Notes under the pieces: generated by a model
Told to the model about the DNA's origin: nothing
The model's input: the letters and a program-made list of their open reading frames with translations, nothing else
Databases searched by the model: none
NCBI GenBank assembly: GCA_965224025.1
Contig: OZ245033.1
Span: 256,001-320,000, forward strand
Length of the DNA: 64,000 nucleotides
Source: Candidatus Multivorans sp.
GTDB taxonomy: Bacteria; Acidobacteriota; Thermoanaerobaculia; Multivoradales; Multivoraceae
Direction of reading: 5' to 3'
In this document: positions 46,139-56,480 of the stretch, in pieces
Position numbering within the stretch: the first letter of the stretch is position 1
Layout: each line of letters starts with the position of its first letter
Program-made: the position numbers and the translations under genes

Positions 46139-48973
46139 ATGGCTCGACAACTCGTCCTGCGCGCCGCCCCTCTCTGTTGTCTCACTGGCCTGCTCTTTGC
46201 GGCAGGCTCGCTCACCGCACAGGCGATTCCGCCGCTCGCCGGCGACGACGTGGTCTCGGTCCGGGTCCAGTTCGGCATCACGGACACGGAACCGCGGTCG
46301 TGGGACGGTTCGGTCGAGGCCAGCGGCGGCGAGGTGCTGGCCGTTCGCAACTGGAGCGTGCACCCGTCGGAGTCGGTCCAGGGCAACAGTTGGACGATGG
46401 CAACCCGGGAGGGCATGAACTACCCGCGGCGCGTGTACCAGTGGGAGGACCCGCAGGGCACGGTGACCTACCTGCATCAGCCCGGAGTGGTCGTCGACGT
46501 GGCGGACAGCGGTGGGACGCGGCTTGCGTTCACGACGCCCCAGGGCGACTTCGACCTGCGGCCGGCGGACCTTCGCGTTGGCGAGGAGCTCTCCTTCCTC
46601 GACGGCGCCGTGCTGGCCGACCGGGTGGCGCCGGCGGAACCGCTGTCGTCACCGGACCATGAGAACGACTTCGCGACGTTGGCAAGCGGCGAGAACGGCG
46701 AGGTGTGGGCCGCCTGGACCGCCTACCGGGACGGCGGCGTCTCGATCATGGCGCGACGCTTCGACGGCTCGACCTGGCTGGCGGCCACCGCCGTGACCAG
46801 CGAGCCGGGCGACCGGCTGATGCCGAAACTGGGCCGCGACGGCCAGGGTAGGCCCTGGGTGGTCTGGTCCGAGCAGGTCGACGGCAACTTCGACCTCTAC
46901 GGCCGCCACCTCGAGGACGCGGACACCGGCGACTGGTCGGCAACCGAGCGCCTGACCTCGGCGCCCCAGGCAGACATCGAACACGAACTCGCCACCGACT
47001 CGAACGGCGACCTGTGGCTCGTGTGGCAGGGCTTCCGCGACGGGCGGTCCGACATCCTCGCCCGCCGCTACGAGGGCGCCGGCTGGTCGGCCGAGGAGAC
47101 CGTCTCGACCTCGCCCGCCAACGACTGGACGCCGGCGGTTGCGGCCTGCGGTGACGGTTCCGTCTACATCGCCTGGGACACCTACGATGAGGGCAACTAC
47201 GACGTGCTGCTGCGCCGCTTCTCGGGTGGCCGCTGGGGCGACGCGGCCCCGGTAGCCGACACGCCGAAGTTCGAGGCCCACGTGTCGATCGCCTGCGACG
47301 GCCAGAACCGGCTGTGGGCGGCCTGGAACGAGAGCGGCTTCCAGTGGGGCAAGGACTCGGGCTTCGAGATCTACAAGGAGGCGACCCGCATCTACGAGTG
47401 GCGCTCGCTGGCCGTCGCGGTCTGGGACGGCGTCAGGTGGCAGGTTCCCGCGGACGACGTGAACGAACTGCTCGAACGGGAACTCCCCGAGTACATCCCG
47501 GGGTTCAACGACCTGCCGGTGCTCCAGGCCGACGCCGACGGTCGGATGTGGCTGTTCTTCCGCCACCGCACGATCCGGGCCCGCGACACGCCGGCCCACC
47601 GCGCGGTCTGGCAGCTCCACGGCACGGCCTACGTCGGCGGCGAGTGGACCCGGCCGCTTCACCTGCCGTTCAGCCGCGGGCGCCAGGACGTGCGCTGGGG
47701 TCTCGCCTCGGACGGCCAGGGCAACCTGTTCGCGGCCTGGCCGACGGACAACCGCGACTCGGAGGAGTACCTCTTCAACCACTCCCAGATCAACGCGGCG
47801 AAGCTCCCCGCGCTGGGCGGTGAGGCCACGCCGCCGCGGCTGGTCGACCCGGCAGAGCGCGAGTACCACACCTACCCGGTCCACCCCAACGAGGCCGAGG
47901 ACGTGGCCCGCATTCGCGCCTACACGATCGAATCGGAAGGCCGCACCTACAAGATCTACCGTGGCGACACGCACCGCCACACGGAGTTCTCGCACGACGG
48001 CCTGAACGACGGCTCGTTGATGGAGGCGTACCGCTACGCCCTCGACGCCGCCGAACTCGACTTCCTGGGCGTCAGCGAGCACAACAACCGGGGCGGCCAG
48101 GACATCGAGTACGTGAACTGGCTGCACCCGCAGATCGCCGATATCTTCCGCCTGCCCGGGAGCTTCGTGCCCGTCTACACCTACGAGCGCAGCATCAGCT
48201 ACCCGGACGGCCACCGCAACATCCTCTCGGCCAAGCGCGGCATCCCGACCCTGCCGATCACCGAGGCGGAGCAACAGCACGAGGAAGGCGCGGCGAGGCT
48301 GTTCGCGTACCTCCGGGAGCACGACGCGATCTCGATCCCCCACACCTCGGCCACCGGCATGGGTACCGACTGGCGCGACAACGACCCCGAAGTCGAGCCG
48401 CTGGTCGAGATCTACCAGGGCGACCGCACGTCGGCCGAGTACGAGGGCGCCCCGCGCGCGCCGACGGCCGAGAAACCGTACGGCCAGCAGGGCGGCTTCG
48501 AGCCCGCCGGGTTCGTCTGGAACGCCTGGGCCAAGGGGTACAAGATCGGCGTGCAGGCGGCGTCGGACCACATCTCGACGCATATCTCCTACGCCGCCAC
48601 GATCGCCGAGGACTTCAGCGCCGAGGGCCTGCTCGATGCGATGAAGAAGCGCCACTCCTACGCAGCGACGGACAACATCGTCCTCGACTACCGGATGCGC
48701 GCGAACGGCAGGGAGTACCTGCAGGGCGACATCGCCGAGGTCTCGGGCCGCTTCGAACTGGTGGTCAACGTGATCGGCACCGCCCGCATCGAGCAGATCG
48801 ACATCATTCGCGACCAGACGTTCCTCTACAACAGACAGAACCTCGACCAGGAGGTCGAGCTGACCTTCGTGGACAGCGACGTTACACCCGGCGAGCACTA
48901 CTACTATGTGCGGGTGATCCAGAAGAACCGGGAGATCGCCTGGTCGTCGCCGATCTGGGTGACGGTCGAGTAG
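46139..48973 (+). CDS. Secreted beta-propeller plus PHP/DUF3604-like protein
   Basis: Signal peptide, repeated W-x-x-W propeller blades, GDTHRHTEFS, SEH, GHRN, IPHT, ASDH, AWSSPIWV. Confidence 0.75.
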   Translation: MARQLVLRAAPLCCLTGLLFAAGSLTAQAIPPLAGDDVVSVRVQFGITDTEPRSWDGSVEASGGEVLAVRNWSVHPSESVQGNSWTMATREGMNYPRRVYQWEDPQGTVTYLHQPGVVVDVADSGGTRLAFTTPQGDFDLRPADLRVGEELSFLDGAVLADRVAPAEPLSSPDHENDFATLASGENGEVWAAWTAYRDGGVSIMARRFDGSTWLAATAVTSEPGDRLMPKLGRDGQGRPWVVWSEQVDGNFDLYGRHLEDADTGDWSATERLTSAPQADIEHELATDSNGDLWLVWQGFRDGRSDILARRYEGAGWSAEETVSTSPANDWTPAVAACGDGSVYIAWDTYDEGNYDVLLRRFSGGRWGDAAPVADTPKFEAHVSIACDGQNRLWAAWNESGFQWGKDSGFEIYKEATRIYEWRSLAVAVWDGVRWQVPADDVNELLERELPEYIPGFNDLPVLQADADGRMWLFFRHRTIRARDTPAHRAVWQLHGTAYVGGEWTRPLHLPFSRGRQDVRWGLASDGQGNLFAAWPTDNRDSEEYLFNHSQINAAKLPALGGEATPPRLVDPAEREYHTYPVHPNEAEDVARIRAYTIESEGRTYKIYRGDTHRHTEFSHDGLNDGSLMEAYRYALDAAELDFLGVSEHNNRGGQDIEYVNWLHPQIADIFRLPGSFVPVYTYERSISYPDGHRNILSAKRGIPTLPITEAEQQHEEGAARLFAYLREHDAISIPHTSATGMGTDWRDNDPEVEPLVEIYQGDRTSAEYEGAPRAPTAEKPYGQQGGFEPAGFVWNAWAKGYKIGVQAASDHISTHISYAATIAEDFSAEGLLDAMKKRHSYAATDNIVLDYRMRANGREYLQGDIAEVSGRFELVVNVIGTARIEQIDIIRDQTFLYNRQNLDQEVELTFVDSDVTPGEHYYYVRVIQKNREIAWSSPIWVTVE

Positions 48974-49729
48974 ATGGACACAGTCTGGGTCCTGGTCTCG
49001 GCCGCGGTCGGCATCGGCTTCGTGCATACGCTGATCGGCATCGATCACACGCTGCCGTTCGTGGTGCTCGGCAAAGCGCGCGGCTGGTCGCTGCGCCGGA
49101 CGCTGTGGATCACCGGACTGTGCGGCGGCGGCCATGTCGCGTCGTCGGTTGTGCTCGGCGGCGCGGGTATCGGGCTGGCGATCTTCGCTACCGGTCTCGA
49201 CACGCGAGAGGGTTACCACTGGATGCAGGGGCGGGTGGGCGCTTTCGAGTCCATCGAAGCGGTCCGCGGCGACCTCGCGGCGTGGGCGCTGGTGGCTTTC
49301 GGCCTGACCTACGCGGCCTGGTCCCTGGCGCGGAGGCGAAGGCAGCAGCGCCACGTGCACGAACACGCCGGCGGCCTCGTTCATTCGCATGACCATCCAG
49401 CCACCGGCGGCCACGAGCACCCGTCCGGCAAGGCCGCCGGGGTTGCCGGCCTGACCGCCTGGAGCCTGTTCGTCATCTTCGTGCTCGGGCCCTGCGAGCC
49501 GCTGATCCCGATCCTCATGGTGCCGGCCTTCCAGATCGGCCTGTGGGCGGTCATCCCGGTGACCGTGGCGTTCGGCGTGACGACGATCGCGACGATGGCG
49601 GCGGTCGTGGCCCTCGCCTACCGGGGTCTCGAGTTCGCGCGGTTCCCCCGCCTGCAGGCCCATGTCCACACGCTGAGCGGGCTCGCGATCGCGAGTTCGG
49701 GGCTGGCCATGTTGTTGTTTGCGATGTGA
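48974..49729 (+). CDS. His-rich Ni/Co transporter-like membrane protein (NicO/RcnA/DsbD_2 type)
   Basis: FVHTLIGIDHTLP, GHVASS, HVHEH..HSHDH loop, GPCEP. Confidence 0.7.
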   Translation: MDTVWVLVSAAVGIGFVHTLIGIDHTLPFVVLGKARGWSLRRTLWITGLCGGGHVASSVVLGGAGIGLAIFATGLDTREGYHWMQGRVGAFESIEAVRGDLAAWALVAFGLTYAAWSLARRRRQQRHVHEHAGGLVHSHDHPATGGHEHPSGKAAGVAGLTAWSLFVIFVLGPCEPLIPILMVPAFQIGLWAVIPVTVAFGVTTIATMAAVVALAYRGLEFARFPRLQAHVHTLSGLAIASSGLAMLLFAM

Positions 49730-49745
49730 GCGGCGCACCCTCCTG

Positions 49746-52700
49746 ATGGGCCCAACCTTCCACGACGACGGGCACGGCCATAGCCACGGCCACAGCCACG
49801 GGCTGCTGCAGCGGATCGGCTACATCGCGCTCTGCGGCGCGGTCGGCGTCCTGCTGCTGCTGTACCTGACCGGTGCGCTCCGCACCGTCGCCGGCATCGA
49901 CCTGGCGCTGATCCTGACCCTGGTCGCGGGCTATCCGCTCATCCGCCACGCGATCCTCGACCTGCTCCAGGGGCACTTCTCGTCCCACCTGACGATCGCC
50001 ATCGCGGCCGGCGCGGCGGTGTGGATCGGCGAGTACTTCGCCGCCGCCGAGGTCATGTTCATCATGCTGATCGGCGAGGGAATCGAGCACTGGACGGTCG
50101 ATCGCGCCAAGGGGGCGATCGCCGGCTTCGTCGCCAGCCAGCCGGACCAGGTGCGGGTGCTGCGAGACGGCGGCGAGGAACTCGTTGGCCTGGACCAGGT
50201 CGAGATCGGCGACCTCGTGCGGGTGCTCGCGGGGGAACGGGTGCCGGTGGACGGGATGATCGAGCGCGGCGATTCGTCCGTCGACCAGAGCAGCGTGACC
50301 GGCGAACCGTTGCCCGCCGAACTCGGCGTCGGCGACGCGGTGTGGAGCGGCAGTCTGAACGAGTACGGCGTTCTCGACATCCGCTCCGAACGCACCGGCA
50401 GCGACACCACCGTCGCCCGCATCGCGAACCTGATCGAGGACGCGCAGAGCCGGCGGGCACGGGTCGTGCGCACCGCGGACAAGCTGGCGCGGTACTTCCT
50501 GCCTGCCGTGCTCGTCGCAGCCGCCGCCATCTATTTCTTCACCGGCGAGATGATGCGCACGGTGGCGGCCCTGATCGTCGCCTGCCCGTGCGCGCTGGTG
50601 TTGGCAACGCCGGCGGCGATGGCTTCGGCGATCGCCCGGCTGGCGCGCGAGGGCGCCCTGGTCAAGGGCGGCGACGTGATCGAGTCGCTCTCGCGGATCG
50701 ATGCCTGCGTACTCGACAAGACGGGCACGTTGACCTGCGGGCGTCCGGCACTGACCGCGATCGCGCCGGTCGCGGGCATGGACGAGGCTCGCATGCTCCA
50801 ACTCGCGGCGAGCGCCGAACTGACCTCGGAGCACCTGCTCGGCCGGGCGCTGGTGACCGAGGCCAGGGAGCGCCGGCTCGACCTCTCGGAGCCGGACGAC
50901 TTCAAGCTCCACCCCGGCCGCGGTGTCACGGCATCCGTGGACGGCCACCAGATCGCGGTCGGCAACCAGGCGCTGCTGGCCGGAGTCATCGCCGAAGACG
51001 ATCTCGATGCCGTGGCCGAAAGCCTCGTCCCGACACCGGGTACCGGCGAGACCCGGCTGGCGGTCACGGTCGACGGCGCCTTCGCCGGCGCCATCGCCCT
51101 CGCCGATCCGCTGCGCGACGAGGCCGCGGAAGCGGTCGCCGACCTGCGGCAAACGGGCGTCGACCCGATCGTCATGCTGACCGGCGACGCCGAGGCCACG
51201 GCGCGCGCGATCGGCCGCCGGACACGCATCGACCAGGTCCACGCGGAGCTCCTGCCCGAAGAGAAGGTGCGCAAGCTCAGGGACCTCTCCCGCGGCGACC
51301 GCAACGTCCTGATGGTCGGCGACGGGATCAACGACGCGCCCTCGCTGGCGGCCGCGTCCGTCGGCGTCGCGATCGGCCACGGCGCCGCGGATCTCTCGGC
51401 CGAGGCGGCGCAGGTCGTCCTGATGCCCGACCGGCTCGACTACCTGGCGCCTCTGGTGCGGTACTCCCGCCGGGTGGTGGCGCGAATCCGGAGCAGCATC
51501 CTGATCTTCGCCTTCGGGATCAACTTCGTCGCCGTCGGGTTCGCCGCCTTCGGCTGGCTGCCTCCGGCCGCCGCGGCGATCGTCCACCAGGCCGCTTCCC
51601 TGCTGGTCATCCTGAACTGCGTTCGCCTGCTCTACGAGGGCCGGGCAGTGGCCGAGCGTCCCGGCGGCCGCCTGGGCCGCTTCCCCGCTCTCGCCGGAGC
51701 GGCGGAGGGGATGGCTGCCGGCTGGAGATCCCTGCACGCCGGCCGGCGCGAAGCGGTTCACCGCATCGAGCACGCGCTCGAAGAGAGCCCGGCGCGGCTC
51801 CGTGCGGCGGCGCCGCGGCTACTGCGCGCGGCGCCGTTCGTGCTCTTCGCGGTCTGGGCGGCAAGCGGAGTACGGATGATCGCACCGCAGGAAGTCGGTC
51901 TGGTGCAGCGCTTCGGCCGGCACGTCGGCGCCGAGCTCGGTCCGGGCCTGCACTGGCGTTTGCCCTGGCCCGTGGATCGGGTGACCCGCGTGGAGCCGCA
52001 GCGCCTGCGGGTGGCCGCCGTCGGCTCGCCGCGAGCGGCTGCACCCACCGAAGCCGGCGCGAGGCCGAACTACGAGTGGAACGTGCGCCACGCCGGCTTC
52101 GACGACACGCCGCCGCTCGAACGACTCATGCTGACCGGGGACGAGAACCTGGTCGAGGTCGCCGCTCGCATCCACTACCGCATCGCCGACTCCGCCGCCT
52201 TCGCCTTCGGCGCCGCCGATCCGGCACTCGTGGTCGATTCGTCGGCGGAGCGGTCGCTGCGTACCGTTCTCGCGGGTCACACGCTGGACGACGTGCTGAC
52301 CGGCAAGCGGGAGGGGATCGAGCGCGCCTGGAGTGAGCACCTCGCCGCCCTGCTCGACCGCCTCGGCATCGGTGTCGAAGTGGTCGGCGCCACAGTCCAG
52401 GACGCCCATCCGCCGCTCGATGTCGTCGATGCCTTCCGGGACGCGGCGAGCGCCCTGGAGGAGCGGGAGACCCTGATCGACAAGGCGGAGGGTTACGCCC
52501 TGGAACGCCTGCCCGTAGCGCGCGGCGAAGCGCAACGGCAACTTCTCGAGGCCGAGGGCTACCGGAATGAGCGGATCGAGGCCGGTCGGGGCGAGAGCCA
52601 GCGCTTTGAACTGCGCGCCGGAGGGTACCGGCGCGATCTCAACCTGCACCGCTTCCGCCTCCAGTTGGAGACGCTGGAGAGTTCGCTCGCCGGCAAGCCG

Positions 52701-52823
52701 AAACTGATCACCGACGCCGACGCCGGCCGCAAGCGTTTCGTCTTCGTGGACGAAACGAGCGACCGCCTTCTCGATGTGTACGTTCCTCCACCGGGTGCTC
52801 CCCAAAACGAGGTCAACCAGTGA
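49746..52823 (+). CDS. Heavy-metal P1B-type ATPase fused to a C-terminal HflK/SPFH domain
   Basis: His-rich N-terminus, TGE, CPC, DKTGT, MLTGD, GDGIND, then VQRFGR..PGLHWRLPWPVD, MLTGDENLV, HPPLDVVDAF in a single ORF. Confidence 0.9.
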   Translation: MGPTFHDDGHGHSHGHSHGLLQRIGYIALCGAVGVLLLLYLTGALRTVAGIDLALILTLVAGYPLIRHAILDLLQGHFSSHLTIAIAAGAAVWIGEYFAAAEVMFIMLIGEGIEHWTVDRAKGAIAGFVASQPDQVRVLRDGGEELVGLDQVEIGDLVRVLAGERVPVDGMIERGDSSVDQSSVTGEPLPAELGVGDAVWSGSLNEYGVLDIRSERTGSDTTVARIANLIEDAQSRRARVVRTADKLARYFLPAVLVAAAAIYFFTGEMMRTVAALIVACPCALVLATPAAMASAIARLAREGALVKGGDVIESLSRIDACVLDKTGTLTCGRPALTAIAPVAGMDEARMLQLAASAELTSEHLLGRALVTEARERRLDLSEPDDFKLHPGRGVTASVDGHQIAVGNQALLAGVIAEDDLDAVAESLVPTPGTGETRLAVTVDGAFAGAIALADPLRDEAAEAVADLRQTGVDPIVMLTGDAEATARAIGRRTRIDQVHAELLPEEKVRKLRDLSRGDRNVLMVGDGINDAPSLAAASVGVAIGHGAADLSAEAAQVVLMPDRLDYLAPLVRYSRRVVARIRSSILIFAFGINFVAVGFAAFGWLPPAAAAIVHQAASLLVILNCVRLLYEGRAVAERPGGRLGRFPALAGAAEGMAAGWRSLHAGRREAVHRIEHALEESPARLRAAAPRLLRAAPFVLFAVWAASGVRMIAPQEVGLVQRFGRHVGAELGPGLHWRLPWPVDRVTRVEPQRLRVAAVGSPRAAAPTEAGARPNYEWNVRHAGFDDTPPLERLMLTGDENLVEVAARIHYRIADSAAFAFGAADPALVVDSSAERSLRTVLAGHTLDDVLTGKREGIERAWSEHLAALLDRLGIGVEVVGATVQDAHPPLDVVDAFRDAASALEERETLIDKAEGYALERLPVARGEAQRQLLEAEGYRNERIEAGRGESQRFELRAGGYRRDLNLHRFRLQLETLESSLAGKPKLITDADAGRKRFVFVDETSDRLLDVYVPPPGAPQNEVNQ

Positions 52824-52888
52824 GCGACCAAGGCCATGAACATCACCACGAATCTAATCATCACGGTCAGCGTGAGGTAGACCAATGA
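52820..52888 (+). CDS. 22-aa His-rich mini-ORF coupled between the ATPase and hflC
   Basis: GTG..TGA = MSDQGHEHHHESNHHGQREVDQ*; GTGA overlap with the ATPase stop, ATGA overlap with the hflC start. Confidence 0.5.
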   Translation: MSDQGHEHHHESNHHGQREVDQ

Positions 52889-53856
52889 CCAACCACAGCC
52901 ACGAGCATCACCACGACCATCACGGTCACCACGACGAGGCGCACCGCCACGACGGCGGCGACGGGCACGAGCATTCGCCGGGCCGTGGCACGTCCTGGTG
53001 GCGCGCCGGCCTGGCCGTGCTGGCGATCGTCGCGCTGGCGCGGTGCGTGTTCGTCGTGCCCGAAACCGAAAGCGCGATCGTCACCCGGTTCGGCAAGCCG
53101 GTCCGGACGATCGAAGCGCCGGGCCTCCGGTTCAAGTGGCCGATCGACCGCCGGCTCCGCTTCGACAACCGCGTGCTCCTCTACGATCCGGCGCCGGCCG
53201 AGTTTCTGACCCAGGACAAGAAGAACCTGGTCGTCGATACGGCGGTCGTCTGGCGGATCGCCGACCCGGCCCGGTTCCTCGAGACGATCGGCGACATCTC
53301 GGGCGCCGAGATGCGGCTGCACGACGTGGTGTGGGCGGGTCTGGCGGCCGCCCTCGGCCGCACGGAGCTCTCGCAACTCGTGTCCACCGAGCCGAAGACA
53401 CTGCGGATCGAAGAGGTCTCCGCGGAGGTCCGCGAGTCCGCCGGCGCGGTGTCCGGCCCACAGCTCGGAGTCGAGATCCTGGAAGTGCAGCTCACCCGCG
53501 TGAGCTTCCCCGAGCAGAACCTGGAGTCCGTCTTCGCCCGCATGCGGGCCGAGCGCGAGCGGATCGCCAAGGAGTACCGTGCCCAGGGCGAGGAACAGGC
53601 GATGGTCATCCGCGCCGAGGCCGACCGCGACCGTGAGCTGATCCTGGCGGCCGCCTACCGCGACGCCGAGATTCTGCGCGGCAAGGGCGACGCCGAGGCA
53701 GCCGGCATCTACGGCGCCGCCTACCGGCAGGACCCGGCTCTCTACCGGTTCCTGCGCACTCTCGAGTCCTACGAGTCGATCCTGGACGACCAGACCACAG
53801 TCATCCTGTCGGCGGACTCGGAGCTCTTCTCGCTGCTGGGCGGAGGATCCGAATGA
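52885..53856 (+). CDS. hflC: HflC-like SPFH protein with His-rich N-terminus
   Basis: IVTRFGKP, PGLRFK, LTQDKKNLVVD, WRIADP, RMRAERERIA, YRFLRTLESY. Confidence 0.88.
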   Translation: MTNHSHEHHHDHHGHHDEAHRHDGGDGHEHSPGRGTSWWRAGLAVLAIVALARCVFVVPETESAIVTRFGKPVRTIEAPGLRFKWPIDRRLRFDNRVLLYDPAPAEFLTQDKKNLVVDTAVVWRIADPARFLETIGDISGAEMRLHDVVWAGLAAALGRTELSQLVSTEPKTLRIEEVSAEVRESAGAVSGPQLGVEILEVQLTRVSFPEQNLESVFARMRAERERIAKEYRAQGEEQAMVIRAEADRDRELILAAAYRDAEILRGKGDAEAAGIYGAAYRQDPALYRFLRTLESYESILDDQTTVILSADSELFSLLGGGSE

Positions 53857-54785
53857 GGCTTCGCGGCCTCCCGACCGCGGCGCTGGCGCTGGCCCTGATG
53901 TGGGCGGGCTGGGGCGTGTACTTCGTCGCGCCGGACGAGGAGGCGGTGGTGCGGGTACTCGGCCGCGCCAGGGTGACTCCCGCCGGACCCGGACTGCACT
54001 GGAACTGGCCGCGGCCGGTGGGTCGGGTCGACAAGCTGAAGGTGCGGGAAGCCAAGCGCCTGACCCTGGGCTTCGCAGCCGCGGACCGCGTGCTGGGCGG
54101 CGATTTGGGCCCGGCCGAAGCGCGCTGGTTGACTGGCGACCGGAACGTGGTCCATGTCCGGCTGGTGATCCTGTACTCGATCCACGATCCGCTCGCCTAC
54201 TCGCTGCGTTTCGCCGATGTCGAGGCCTTGCTGCAGGCGACCGGGCGCAGCGCCCTGCTCGAGGTGATCGCCGGCATGAGCGTCGACGAACTGCTGACCA
54301 CCGGCAAGGTGGCGGTGCAGCAGAACGTCCAGGCCGCCTCGCAGGGTCTGTTCGACCGCTTCAAGACCGGCGCGACCGTGCTCTCGGTGAGTCTGGAAGG
54401 CGTGAGCCCGCCGAGCCCCGTGCGCGAGGCCTTCAACGACGTGGCCAGCGCGCGCGAGGATCGCGACCGCCTGGTCCGCGAGGCCGAGAGTTACCGCAAC
54501 GAGGTCGTCCCGGTGGCCCGTGGCGAGGCGCGCACGCTCGTAGCTCAGGCCGAGGGCTTCCGGACGGCTGAGGTCGAACGGGCCACGGGTGAAGCCGACC
54601 GTTTCCGCCGGGTCGCCGGCGCCGACCAGGGTGCGCGCAACGAGATTCGCACCCGCACCTACCTGGAGACGATGGAACGTGTCTTCCCGCGCATGAAGAA
54701 GACGATCCTGGAGCCGGGCCAGAGCACGATCGACATCGACTTCCTGCGCAGCGAGTTGACCAACGGGTCGAGAGGCCCGCAGTGA
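53853..54785 (+). CDS. hflK: HflK-like SPFH protein
   Basis: PGLHWNWP, LTGDRNVV, PPSPVREAFNDV, ARGEA, GEADRF, YLETME. Confidence 0.88.
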   Translation: MRLRGLPTAALALALMWAGWGVYFVAPDEEAVVRVLGRARVTPAGPGLHWNWPRPVGRVDKLKVREAKRLTLGFAAADRVLGGDLGPAEARWLTGDRNVVHVRLVILYSIHDPLAYSLRFADVEALLQATGRSALLEVIAGMSVDELLTTGKVAVQQNVQAASQGLFDRFKTGATVLSVSLEGVSPPSPVREAFNDVASAREDRDRLVREAESYRNEVVPVARGEARTLVAQAEGFRTAEVERATGEADRFRRVAGADQGARNEIRTRTYLETMERVFPRMKKTILEPGQSTIDIDFLRSELTNGSRGPQ

Positions 54786-55270
54786 GGATCACGCGCAACC
54801 TGGGGGCGACGGCGCTGACCGTGGTGGTGCTCCTGGCCGGCCTGGCCGTGGCTCTTCGGGACCGCCTGCCGGAGCGCTCGGGCAACACGGGCGACGCGGG
54901 TGCCCCCAGGGAGATCTTCTGGCAGATGGTCGAAGCGAGCCGCGAAGGCGCGGTGGCGGTCTACCTCGATCTCTTTGCCGGGGAGGTCCGCGAACAGCTC
55001 GACACGGTCCGCGACGAGATGGGAGACGCCGCGTTCGAGCAGTATCTCCGGCAACGGTTCGCGGATGTGAAGGGCGTCGCAGTGATCGATGAAGAGGATC
55101 GCGGCGAGACCGTGCGGCTCCAAGTCGAGTACGTCCGGGCCGCGAGCTACGACACCCAGAGCCTCGATCTCCGTTCGTCACGGGGGCGCTGGCGCATCGT
55201 CGCCGTCGGCCCGACCCAGGAACGCGAACCGCCGGTTCCCTACGGCACGCCCGTCGGCCCCGCCGACTGA
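54782..55270 (+). CDS. Membrane-anchored hypothetical protein (NTF2-like?)
   Basis: One N-terminal TM helix, 4-nt overlap with hflK, C-terminal GRWRIV. Confidence 0.6.
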   Translation: MRITRNLGATALTVVVLLAGLAVALRDRLPERSGNTGDAGAPREIFWQMVEASREGAVAVYLDLFAGEVREQLDTVRDEMGDAAFEQYLRQRFADVKGVAVIDEEDRGETVRLQVEYVRAASYDTQSLDLRSSRGRWRIVAVGPTQEREPPVPYGTPVGPAD

Positions 55271-55289
55271 CGGCGGCAGGAAAGGCACG

Positions 55290-56476
55290 ATGAGGAAGCT
55301 CGCCATCGCTTTACTTGCGCTCTTCCGCCGCGTCTCGCTGGCGAGCTCCGTGGGCAATCCGAGGACGACGTCGCCGCGCAGCGCGTGGTCAGCGGCCGCG
55401 CCTGGGACGAGTTCTGCGACACGCTGAAGGCGGCCGGTGCGGCGCTCAACTTCCCGGGCACGCCCCGCGACGCGTTCAACCAGGCCGAGGGCTACCGGTA
55501 CCTGAGCCGTCTGACACGCGCCGGTCTGATGGCCTTCCTCGAGCACGCCGACCCGAGAGCGCCGGTCCTCCACCGGGTCGCCCACGAAACGGTCAAGCTC
55601 GGTTCTGACAACCCGGACAACCACTACCTGACGGCCGCCCTCTCGGGCGCGTACGAGTACCGGATCACGGGGCGCCGCAACACCGTCGCCTACCTCGGGT
55701 TCGGCACCCAGACCGGGCACTACGGCCAGGGAGGCGGCATGCCGCCGACCGGCTACGTCGAGGCCGCGGAACTCGAGATCGACGCGGAAGGCCGTTTCGA
55801 GTTGTTCCTCAGTTGCGAGCGCCAGGACGGGAACTGGCTGCCCATGGCGCCCGAGACCGGCATGTTGATCGTGCGCCAGACCTTCCTCGACCGCCGCACG
55901 GAGATCCCGGCAGAACTGCACATCGAGCGGATCAACTGCGCTCCCAAAGAGAAGAGTCCCGCGCCCCTGACGCCGACTCAGGTCGACGAAGGGCTGCGCT
56001 CGGCGAGCACCCTGGTCGCCGGCGCATCGCTCCTGTTCGCGAAGTGGGCCCGCGACTTCCAGAAGCACTCGAACAGACTGCCCCGCTTCGACCAGGAGAC
56101 GTCGAACCAGGCCGGGGGCGACCCCAACATCGCCTACTACCACTCGCACTGGCGGCTGGCCGAGGACGAAGCGCTGGTGATCGAGGCCACGCCGCCGGAG
56201 TGCGAACACTGGAACTTCCAGCTCAACAACCACTGGATGGAGTCGCTCGACTACCGCTACCACACGATCCACACCAACAAGCATCTCGCCGACTACGAGA
56301 GCGACGGCTCCGTGCGCCTGATCGTCGCGCACGAGGACCCCGGGCTTCCGAACTGGCTCGAGACCGCCGGCCACACCTCCGGGACCATGTGCTTCCGTTG
56401 GATCCGGGCCGAGGAGCACCCGGAGCCGGCAACCCGGGTCGTCAAGCTGAGCGAGCTTCGGGCGCTTCGCCGGTAA
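55290..56476 (+). CDS. DUF1214-type protein (apparent frameshift near 55340)
   Basis: AWDEFCDTL, AEGYRYLSRL, DNPDNHY, WNFQLNNHWMESLDY, DPGLPNWLET; RBS-backed ATG 55290 is out of frame with the main ORF (55385-56476). Confidence 0.75.
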
Positions 56477-56480
56477 GCGG

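Noticed and set aside
46649-51773. Long minus-strand ORFs (1029 aa and 740 aa)
   Set aside because: Antisense to well-supported plus-strand genes; typical high-GC codon-bias artefacts
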